This document shows positions 56,251 through 64,000 of a stretch of DNA of 64,000 bases, in pieces (within the stretch, counting starts at the first letter, position 1; each line of letters begins with the position of its first letter). A program made the position numbers and the translations under genes. The stretch is from a virus. The DNA lies in IMG/VR virus record IMGVR_UViG_3300050343_000256, positions 20,979 to 84,978 of that record. The stretch is one strand, 5' to 3'. The notes beneath the pieces were generated by a model that was given only the letters and a program-made list of their open reading frames with translations, did no database searches and was not told where the DNA came from.

Positions 56251-56918
56251 TACTTGGTCTCCTTCTTCTTTGTGCTAAAAAAACCTGGAACTGCATTTGG
56301 GAAAGCTTTATTCAGCGAGTTCTCCCTCATTTCAATCTTAGGCGCTGCAGACGGCTGAAAATTAGAAGTCAAGCCTTGACCGCTAGCGCCGGAGCTACTG
56401 CGTTGTCTTTGTGGTTTAGCTTTAGACAAGGTGTCGACTCCCGCTTCCGTATACATCTGCGGGAATATCCCAAGGGATTGACCGAACTTATCATCAGAAT
56501 ATGTTTGTCGATCAAGCCTGTCAGTAATACCATTTAGGCCATCAAGAGGTGAAGCGAAATCCGGCATTGCAATCTGCGATGCACCGCCCACGAGCCGTAA
56601 CAAAGCATTTAGCTTATTTGTTTTTTTGTTTGCATCTCTAGCCTTTTGGTTGTCTTCAAGGTTCATAGCTAACAGTTGTTCAGAAGTTTTATTAACACTG
56701 TTTTGCTGAAGTGCACTACCTAATGCACCGAAGGCTTCACGAGTCAATGCGGATTTAGCCAAAAATTCAAGCTCAGCCGCTTTAGCCATCATCTGAGTTC
56801 CCGCAGAACTTTGTACCCCCTGATATCCTTTTGCGAGAGACGCGGCATTAAACAGAGGGTTAAAGTTAGCTGCGTAACCATAAGCAGAATTAAGAGATGG
56901 AATTGAGATAGTAGCCAT
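56250..56918 (-). CDS. probable internal virion protein
   Basis: Ala/Gln-rich helical protein. Confidence 0.55.
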   Translation of the reverse strand: MATISIPSLNSAYGYAANFNPLFNAASLAKGYQGVQSSAGTQMMAKAAELEFLAKSALTREAFGALGSALQQNSVNKTSEQLLAMNLEDNQKARDANKKTNKLNALLRLVGGASQIAMPDFASPLDGLNGITDRLDRQTYSDDKFGQSLGIFPQMYTEAGVDTLSKAKPQRQRSSSGASGQGLTSNFQPSAAPKIEMRENSLNKAFPNAVPGFFSTKKKETK

Positions 56919-57742
56919 CAGTATGCAGTTGCGGCGATAATATTATTGAAGTTGGCCAATTGGTTTTGCTGCGCAAGAGATCCTTGGTCCAAAGAATTTT
57001 GATAGTTGTAATTGGCCTGGATTGCTGCCTGCTTTTCAAATGCTCTTAAGTTTCTCGCATCCTCCATCTCTGCAAGCTTGGCGAGAATAGGGCCAATTGT
57101 TTGTGCCGATTCCGCTTTTAACGCAATGTTTTGGCGTTGTCTTGCAAGATCATTGGCAAGTCTCTTCTCGTCGTCAGTTTGCTTTGTAATTCCTGTAATT
57201 CCCGAATACAACAATTCTCCCAGGCCAGCGCCACCCTTGCCCAACTTATCTTGGACACCAATCATGGATGCGATAGCTGGCAGCGCAACAGTGCCAACTC
57301 CAGGCATCATCATCGTACCAATGGCTGCTAAGCCTCCAGTTGCCGCTAACTGAGCCAAGAAATTACCGGTGGCCTGACTTGTATTGATTCCAATCCCTTC
57401 ATCATCTGCAAACTCTCCAACCGCGCCCAGCCCTGCCCCGAGAACCGAAAGTCCAGCTATGGGCAACTTATTTCTTCCAACTAAAGCTGCGGACTTCTGT
57501 AGAAAGCCTGGCGACCCTGCAGCGCGTCCAGTCTTGAACGCTTGAGCCATAGCGTCTCTGGAATACCCATCCGCACCGAGCAACTGCTGACCACCACTCT
57601 TCCTCAGCTGGTCGAGGAATGCAGCGGCATTAGATACGTTATCCACTTGGTCTACTACAGCAAGAGCACCACCTGGCCTACCACCAGCGACTGACGTCCT
57701 CAGCTGAGGCGGGATCTGATTGCCTGAGTATCTGTACGACAT
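56918..57742 (-). CDS. probable ejection/pilot-like protein
   Basis: Gly/Ala hydrophobic segments followed by a Q/N-rich coil; start placed at MSYRYSG. Confidence 0.55.
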   Translation of the reverse strand: MSYRYSGNQIPPQLRTSVAGGRPGGALAVVDQVDNVSNAAAFLDQLRKSGGQQLLGADGYSRDAMAQAFKTGRAAGSPGFLQKSAALVGRNKLPIAGLSVLGAGLGAVGEFADDEGIGINTSQATGNFLAQLAATGGLAAIGTMMMPGVGTVALPAIASMIGVQDKLGKGGAGLGELLYSGITGITKQTDDEKRLANDLARQRQNIALKAESAQTIGPILAKLAEMEDARNLRAFEKQAAIQANYNYQNSLDQGSLAQQNQLANFNNIIAATAY

Positions 57743-57833
57743 TAAGAGACTACGCCATGGGCTTTCACCCATTCTAGATATCTTTTAGTCACGCATATAT
57801 TCAAGCCATTAGACAGCTTTTGCGGCTGTTACT

Positions 57834-58217
57834 CTAAAAAGGAAGCAGGCTTCCAGCCGCCGAACCGATCGCACCGCCAATGGGGTTGCCGCCACTAATA
57901 ACAGTGCCAAGGATTCCACCAGCGAGCCTGCCAAAACCGCTGCTACTTTTCTGCTCACTCTCTGCTTGGCTTTGTCGCTGATCCTCTCTCTCCTTTAAAT
58001 ATTCCATGACTTGCTTATCGCTCTTTGCCTGGCCAAGAAGGCCTAACGCGCCTGCCGCCATTTGACTATCTAATTCAAACTTATCTTCCTGGAGGCCGGA
58101 CAAGGTGCTAACAGCTTCATTGCTTGCTATTTGGTCGTAACCGTCAAAGCCAGAGGTGAGATCTACGCCAAACAACTCTCCCGCGTTACGTCTTCTGCCG
58201 AATGATGAGTAAGCCAT
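57834..58217 (-). CDS. probable internal virion protein (glycine zipper)
   Basis: GGILGTVISGGNPIGGAIGSAAG. Confidence 0.6.
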   Translation of the reverse strand: MAYSSFGRRRNAGELFGVDLTSGFDGYDQIASNEAVSTLSGLQEDKFELDSQMAAGALGLLGQAKSDKQVMEYLKEREDQRQSQAESEQKSSSGFGRLAGGILGTVISGGNPIGGAIGSAAGSLLPF

Positions 58218-58223
58218 AGTTAA

Positions 58224-58598
58224 TCAGAAAAAGCTTTTGCCCAAGTCGAATGCTCCAGCGCCATAGTCGCCTGAAAAGCCGCCCAAGCCCTCACTAGCGG
58301 TAACACTATCCATAAAGCTCAATCCGCCACCGCCACTATCCCCTGGCGATTTAAATAAGCTGCTGACCCCAAGTTGCAAGCCTTTACCAAGAAGGTCTCC
58401 AAGCGGGTTTGATTGCTGAGACTGACGCGGCTGAGCCTGAAGCTGTCGGTCCAAAAACCCTGAATTTATTACTGACTCCGAACTCAGCATTTGTTGCTTA
58501 GCTTTTAAAGCAGCAGAAACCATAGCACTATTACGTTTAGCATTAGCACCGCTAAATCCGCTTAATAAGTTTGTCCCCTGAGATGGATCAAAAGCCAT
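58224..58598 (-). CDS. hypothetical Gly/Ser-rich protein
   Basis: operon packing. Confidence 0.55.
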   Translation of the reverse strand: MAFDPSQGTNLLSGFSGANAKRNSAMVSAALKAKQQMLSSESVINSGFLDRQLQAQPRQSQQSNPLGDLLGKGLQLGVSSLFKSPGDSGGGGLSFMDSVTASEGLGGFSGDYGAGAFDLGKSFF

Positions 58599-59950
58599 TA
58601 GGTTTCTTCATCCTCTGAGTATTGCGGAGCGCGTCCTTTTAGTCCACGTCTTGCTGATTCTAAGACGTATCCTGCAAGCGCAGTGCCAGCAGTTGCAGCG
58701 CTGCTATTCATCAACACAGACTTAAGAACTTGGCCTTCGTTCTTTTCTGACTGATCACGATATTCGTAAAAAGCAGCTTCAACATCTTTTGGATTAGGCG
58801 GCTTACCTTTCACGTATTGCTGCGATTTTTTATAGTCATCTTTCAGGCTACGCTCGACTTTATATCCCTTATCAGCAGCTACTCGTTCAACACCTTTACG
58901 AATACCGCGACGAGCACCAATCACCGCAGCAGCCATCGGGAGAATTCCAGTAGCTAGCGGAATACTTTTACCCATGAAAGTGACCTCAGGGCCTTGAATC
59001 CCATCAGCAGTCGCCTTGATCGGAGACTTGCCACTAAACAAGTAATTCTTATATTGATTGTATTCAGCCTTGCTTACGTCGGGCCTTTCCTTTCTGAACT
59101 CGTCGTAAGGAAGTAAGGAGCCATTACGTCCCAGGAAATAGCGACTTCCAAGCTCAGCAATTGGATCAGTTGTTTGAGTTGGATCATTCTCACTTGGCAG
59201 CACTGCTTTGTATCCAGGTTGCCGCATGAAGTTGCCAATACCCATCGAGGCAGCAATCCATGCAGGAGCAGCAGCAGCCATTCGAACGCTTCTGCGTTTC
59301 AGGAGTGGCTCGTTGGCGCCTACGTAATTTCTTTGGTCAAAGCCACCCTTGTTCGGGTATTGAGCGTTGCTTGGACCAGTTGCCTTTTCACTCGCTTGGC
59401 GCATGCCCTGAAACATTGCCACCTGCGCAATTGCTTGAGGAGCATTGAGGAACCACCAGATATTGCGCATGCCATCGCTGGCCAGGTCAGCAGCTACAAC
59501 ACCTGCCGCTTGAGCTGCTTTGGCCCTGTATTGCCCAGGACCAAGAGTTGCCTCGCCCGGTCCCATTGTCGTCGGGACTTTCCCTATCTCAACCGTGTCT
59601 CGCCTGAGTTCAGCATTCTCAGGGTTAACGCGAGTTTCGGAGTACTCAGCTTTTGCTTCAGGAGTCATTCCTCCCAGCTTGATATTCCGAGCAGGCTCTT
59701 GCGCTCGTGCTGGCAGAAAGTCGGCAAGCGCATTACCAATCTCTGTGTCACCGACTCGGTTTGGGAGTGCCTGCTTGAGATAACTGGTGACCGGAGATGA
59801 CGAGGCCATCTCTGCAACTGGAGAGATCTCGTAGTCACCAGCATTCGAGCGCCTCAGCGCTTGCTCATAGCTTTTAGGTGAAGCTCTGAATGCTTGTTTA
59901 AAAACCTCAGAGAGATCACCCCAAGTAGGTTCACCAGTGAATTGCGCCAT
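58598..59950 (-). CDS. probable internal virion protein
   Basis: 450 aa; RNIWWFLNAPQA, YFLGR.G.LLP. Confidence 0.6.
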   Translation of the reverse strand: MAQFTGEPTWGDLSEVFKQAFRASPKSYEQALRRSNAGDYEISPVAEMASSSPVTSYLKQALPNRVGDTEIGNALADFLPARAQEPARNIKLGGMTPEAKAEYSETRVNPENAELRRDTVEIGKVPTTMGPGEATLGPGQYRAKAAQAAGVVAADLASDGMRNIWWFLNAPQAIAQVAMFQGMRQASEKATGPSNAQYPNKGGFDQRNYVGANEPLLKRRSVRMAAAAPAWIAASMGIGNFMRQPGYKAVLPSENDPTQTTDPIAELGSRYFLGRNGSLLPYDEFRKERPDVSKAEYNQYKNYLFSGKSPIKATADGIQGPEVTFMGKSIPLATGILPMAAAVIGARRGIRKGVERVAADKGYKVERSLKDDYKKSQQYVKGKPPNPKDVEAAFYEYRDQSEKNEGQVLKSVLMNSSAATAGTALAGYVLESARRGLKGRAPQYSEDEET

Positions 59951-60474
59951 TAAACAATTCTTCCTCCGTAGTAACCGGCATTAAGCAACAAGTTCATGAG
60001 CTCTTGATCAACCTGTTGTTCTTGCACTTCCTGCTGAGCCTGAGCGACCTCAGCTTGCGTGGCTTGGTTCTCTCGATTAATTCTTTCGTAGGCGTTTTCG
60101 AGAACAGGACGCGGTGCAAGCATCTGCAATGGAGCCTGAACTCCCATGTCTCCCAGCGTGACCGCAAGGTTGCCTGCGTCAGAGCCGAGCTTCTTGCCCA
60201 TAGCTCTAGCGGCACCAGCGCCAGCGGTTTGGCCTAAGACTGAACCTAAAAGGCTGATAGCTAAATCTTCTGCGCCGGCTCCAACTCGCTCACCAGCCGT
60301 TGCTCCTGATGGAAGCATCCCAGACGTAAGCCCTGAGTACAGGATGTCTGGCGCATACCTAAGAGCAAGCTGCGTCTTATCGATAGTGCCAGCGGCAGTT
60401 TTAGGGACAAGAAGTTTCTGTAAAAATTGACCCGCCTTTCTCAGTTTGTTGCCATTCGCTAAAGCGCCAATCAT
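59950..60474 (-). CDS. probable internal virion protein
   Basis: Ala/Gly-rich; RKAG near the N-terminus; ends YYGGRIV. Confidence 0.6.
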   Translation of the reverse strand: MIGALANGNKLRKAGQFLQKLLVPKTAAGTIDKTQLALRYAPDILYSGLTSGMLPSGATAGERVGAGAEDLAISLLGSVLGQTAGAGAARAMGKKLGSDAGNLAVTLGDMGVQAPLQMLAPRPVLENAYERINRENQATQAEVAQAQQEVQEQQVDQELMNLLLNAGYYGGRIV

Positions 60475-60860
60475 GCTGTTTTCTCGGATCCTGGAGGTGG
60501 AGGAGGTGCTCCGTCCATCGGAGGACCAAAGGGACTAAATGGTCCACTAGCAAACAAGTTGGCCCATTGACCTAGCTGTGCCTTGGATTCAGTGTCATCA
60601 CCATTGGCGATGCCACCGAAATCACCATTAAGAAAACGCACTATTCCTTCACCTCCAGCAAACCTGGGATTCAACTTATCGCTTGCTTTCTGTTGAGGGG
60701 ACCCGAATTCGTATCCGAAAGCAGTGCCATTCTGCTCACCCTTCATCCCCTTAGCTTTAATAGCAGCATCAAGCTGCGAACCTAAAGCCTCTGGTCCACG
60801 CTCCGTAAGCTTAAAGCCAGGAGTGGAATTATTCCAGGTATATGGTCTGCTGGCTGCCAC
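60471..60860 (-). CDS. hypothetical protein
   Basis: 129 aa, Pro-rich end. Confidence 0.55.
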   Translation of the reverse strand: MAASRPYTWNNSTPGFKLTERGPEALGSQLDAAIKAKGMKGEQNGTAFGYEFGSPQQKASDKLNPRFAGGEGIVRFLNGDFGGIANGDDTESKAQLGQWANLFASGPFSPFGPPMDGAPPPPPGSEKTA

Positions 60861-60886
60861 TCAGTAAGCCGCTATGTCTACTAATC

Positions 60887-61036
60887 TTAGCTATTTTTCT
60901 TTTTCTTACCTTTAGCTTTACTCTTGAAATGCTCAAGTAGTTCTTCAGGCATCTTGCCTTTTTCACTCTTGGACTTGTTGCCACCCTTTTGGAACTTGTT
61001 GGCCTTATCTTTGGCCTTTGACTTGTCGGAATTCAT
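60887..61036 (-). CDS. small Lys-rich protein (49 aa, not in ORF track)
   Basis: MNSDKSKAK...KMPEELLEHFKSKAKGKKKKNS; ATGA overlap. Confidence 0.6.
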   Translation of the reverse strand: MNSDKSKAKDKANKFQKGGNKSKSEKGKMPEELLEHFKSKAKGKKKKNS

Positions 61037-61935
61037 CGCACAAGATTTCTCAGAGATTGCTTAATTTTATCGATCTTTGTTCTAGCGAAATTATCAGGGG
61101 CACTCGGCGCATTTAGAGGTGAATCATTTGCCTGCGCATTATCGTTAGCCATTTGGGCTATTCGTGCAACCTGACGACGTGTCGCGAAGTCCACAGGTAT
61201 GTCTTCTGCAGCTCTTCCTCCGCCCATCGCTGCATCTACCTCGGCTTGGCTGGCTACGGATTCGAGTCCTCGGAACATAGCTCGAGTTTTACTCATTTTC
61301 GCAGAAGACGGTTCGCTATCGCTACCCGCAAAGGCTTCTGCGTAATCGACAAAGCTCTTAGGGTTTGCACCAGGCACGTCCCGATATTTTTGACGCAGCC
61401 TTTGGACTTCAGGGTTAACTCCCGTAGCCTTTCTAAGATCAACGATGACATCATTCACATCGCTGACGTCACCTTTACGAATCAGCTCAGCAACGTCTTT
61501 CTCAATATCTTGCGGAGGCAAAGACCGACCAGCGCTTAAAGCTGAGATTATGTCATAAGTGGGATTTCTTTCGGGATCTTGTACGCCCTTCCCGCCCTTG
61601 AAAAGTTCACCGTCAATGTACTGATCGAGCAACGCATTTTGCATCCGATTCACAAGAGGATCCTGCAGCGGATTATTAACTGCCGCAACATAGTCAGCAG
61701 CTTGCCTGGCTGGCCCGTAAACAACATCACCCTTTTTGTTCATAGGCTCTTTGGCAAAGACACGATTCTCTGGATCTGATGCAGGGACGACTGCGCTGAT
61801 TAGATCATTAAGCTCTCGCATGCCCTCATCGGTGATTTCACCTTTGCCCATCCTTATTTCGACAAGTCCTTGTTCGGCGAATCCTTTTGGCTGATTTTTT
61901 AGTGCGGTGATCGGCTGATTGGATTCGCGCCCCAT
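61033..61935 (-). CDS. large hypothetical virion protein, C-terminal part
   Basis: appears to continue the upstream ORF across a G4 run at 61930-61933. Confidence 0.55.
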   Translation of the reverse strand: MGRESNQPITALKNQPKGFAEQGLVEIRMGKGEITDEGMRELNDLISAVVPASDPENRVFAKEPMNKKGDVVYGPARQAADYVAAVNNPLQDPLVNRMQNALLDQYIDGELFKGGKGVQDPERNPTYDIISALSAGRSLPPQDIEKDVAELIRKGDVSDVNDVIVDLRKATGVNPEVQRLRQKYRDVPGANPKSFVDYAEAFAGSDSEPSSAKMSKTRAMFRGLESVASQAEVDAAMGGGRAAEDIPVDFATRRQVARIAQMANDNAQANDSPLNAPSAPDNFARTKIDKIKQSLRNLVR

Positions 61936-63397
61936 CAGCAGTCAGCAACTTGTAATAAGGCCGTCCAGTCGTTTCACTAATTTTTTCTACAACGTCAATA
62001 CCAATCCGATAAGTGCGAATGGGGGTACGATTTCGCATGGCGATGTCTTGGACAGCCTCCCCCAACGTCATGTTCTGTCCAATCCTTATAGATGCTGGGT
62101 CAGAGCCTGCTGCGAAGCCAGGTACCTCACTGCCGCTTTCCCCTATGCCTGCGCCGTAGTAAGGCTGACGTTCGCCGGTCGGCACATTCATATTTTTTCC
62201 GGCACGTTCACTATCTGCAGACTGCTGTCTAGCTTCGCGATTAAAGATGTAACCGAGGCGTGAGTCGAGTTCTACGCTGGGATCGAGCATTGCAACCATC
62301 ATGTTGCGCGTGTCGTACTGCTTTTTATTGAAACCGGTAGCTGCACTTTTTTCCCCAGGCACAGTCGTCGAAGTTGGCTGATATACAAAGTCGCCAGCTT
62401 GATCACGCATAAACTTGAACCCAAGACTTTTGCCGCCTCTTCGCGCTTGATCCGCAGGGGCTATCAGCACTGGAACCCTGTAACCTTCGTCAACTTTGAC
62501 ATTGACAGGTTCTTTATCAAGTGGATTACGTCTACTTTGCCTGGGAATACTTCTATTACGGCCAGACTCTGCGTTTAAATCTTGGGACTGTTTCCCAGAG
62601 ATCTGATCAAATGGCTCAGACTTGTTCATAAATGCACGAACTTCAGCCTTGCCTCGTTCGTCAAGTGCCATGACAGTGGCAGCCATCTCAGCCGGAGACA
62701 TAGTTCCGGCGTCACGCTTGACTAAAGCGCTGAGCAGCTCCTGATCGCTCGTTGAAATATCAGCAGTACCGGCGTCTGAGCTGCCTTGAGCCGCTTTTTC
62801 GTTTGCAATGGCGTTAAATAGCGCCAATTCGGGCCTTAATTCGCTCATCTGGCCGATTTTATCGACCGTTTCTTGCGAAATTCGCCGATTTACATCTCTC
62901 GGATAGCGTCTTGTGGTCGGTGACCCCGCACGAAACTCGGCAGTAGCAATTTTCAATGCTCCCATTGGCCCAATTTCAGGCATCACCGCTGCTAATTCAG
63001 CTGCTCTTGATGTCACTCTGACATCTAACTCGCCTTTTCCGTAAGCATCACTAAAGAATCTGCGAGCAACTTCTGGATCTTCAGATGTGATCGAATCTTC
63101 CATTCGCATCTGATCAATCTCAGCCGTGATCAGGCGCTCTTTTTCAGCACGTTTACCAGCGTCGGATCGGCGACCACGCGGCACTGCTTCAATTGATACT
63201 CCTTTTTCAGGGCTGTAATAAACAAGTTTGCCGTCAACCGTCCTAGCAATTTCACGATCGTCTGTAGGAAGACCAGCAATCTCAGCAGATTGAGGGACGC
63301 CGCCTAAGTTACGCCGGGGGTCGTAAGGATCACCTAAGTCGCGAAATCCGCCAATACCTACAACCATTACCGCCAAGTCTTGCACTTCGTAAGACAA
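61838..63397 (-). CDS. large hypothetical virion protein, N-terminal part
   Basis: 519-aa ORF; start probably 20-30 nt downstream of the annotated one. Confidence 0.6.
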   Translation of the reverse strand: MSYEVQDLAVMVVGIGGFRDLGDPYDPRRNLGGVPQSAEIAGLPTDDREIARTVDGKLVYYSPEKGVSIEAVPRGRRSDAGKRAEKERLITAEIDQMRMEDSITSEDPEVARRFFSDAYGKGELDVRVTSRAAELAAVMPEIGPMGALKIATAEFRAGSPTTRRYPRDVNRRISQETVDKIGQMSELRPELALFNAIANEKAAQGSSDAGTADISTSDQELLSALVKRDAGTMSPAEMAATVMALDERGKAEVRAFMNKSEPFDQISGKQSQDLNAESGRNRSIPRQSRRNPLDKEPVNVKVDEGYRVPVLIAPADQARRGGKSLGFKFMRDQAGDFVYQPTSTTVPGEKSAATGFNKKQYDTRNMMVAMLDPSVELDSRLGYIFNREARQQSADSERAGKNMNVPTGERQPYYGAGIGESGSEVPGFAAGSDPASIRIGQNMTLGEAVQDIAMRNRTPIRTYRIGIDVVEKISETTGRPYYKLLTADGARIQSADHRTKKSAKRIRRTRTCRNKDGQR

Positions 63398-63419
63398 TTC
63401 TATCGACGAAATACTTAGG

Positions 63420-64000
63420 GCTTTTTAATCAGCAGCGGCCTATAGCAACAGAGGCAAAATAATTTTTTGGAAAATTTTTCAGGAGAACATAAATAGGGAG
63501 CTAAAAAAAGGACCAAAAAATAGCAAAAGAATTACCTACGAACCTTTTGTTATTAGGACTGCCCTCGCGGGACAAATCTGAAAAACGCTGCGCCGCGTGA
63601 AATACATCAAACACCCCCTCACAGCTCGAATACCGGTCAAACAAAAAAAGAAGTAGGCACTAACAGCAACCGCAGCCGCGACCGCGTTCTCGCTACGCGA
63701 GTGAACGCAGTGTCGCTGTGATGCATGTGATAACCGAGGAGTACACGAGTAAGCGACGCGATGAGCGACGCGGTTACCGCGACTGTGTTCGCGCAATTCG
63801 CTGCCGCGATTCCGCTCTCACTCGTGTCGCTGGTTACCTAAGTAAGCGACGCGATCCGCGCAAGCGACGCGTTCATTCGTACAACGATCAGTATTACTTA
63901 TGCTTCGGCTGCATCCACGCGCCCTCAACAGACACCCCGCACGCTCGCGAATGCGCGATCCGCGGTCCACCACCCCCGCGATGACGCGATACGCGCCCGC
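63420..64000. other. non-coding region: A/T tracts followed by CGCG-rich short repeats
   Basis: AGTAAGCGACGCGAT at 63748 and 63841; several GCGACGCG copies. Confidence 0.55.

Noticed and set aside
63536-63984. ORFs 63536-63796 and 63718-63984
   Set aside because: Arg/Cys-biased translations of CG-rich repeats with no coding signal.

Overview
A 64-kb stretch of a tailed dsDNA phage genome, very likely a marine cyanophage. Cyanobacterial-type genes include CP12-like, NblA-like, DUF3288 and a porin-like protein. The left part (1-19 kb) holds replication and nucleotide-metabolism genes: PD-(D/E)XK nuclease, split primase/VapE helicase, dCMP deaminase, ThyX, dATP/dGTP diphosphohydrolase, 2OG-Fe(II) oxygenase, a muramidase, HNH nucleases, and a large serine recombinase with a candidate attP next to it. 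The right part (19-63 kb) is mostly minus-strand virion genes: Gly-rich fibre paralogs, tail proteins, major capsid protein, scaffold, portal, terminase and probable internal/ejected proteins. The main finding is that the major capsid protein gene is split by two ORF-less group I introns (43458-43667 and 42524-42779). Removing them gives a continuous 380-aa protein that starts with a 6-codon first exon. A divergently transcribed pair of free-standing, catalytically degenerate LAGLIDADG genes lies directly upstream. Other notable patterns are a shared C-terminal YYxxRF motif, a shared N-terminal RxAG motif, crosswise mosaicism among four Gly-rich paralogs, and a 491-nt portal/scaffold overlap. 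All calls come from reading motifs by eye; no database searches were run.
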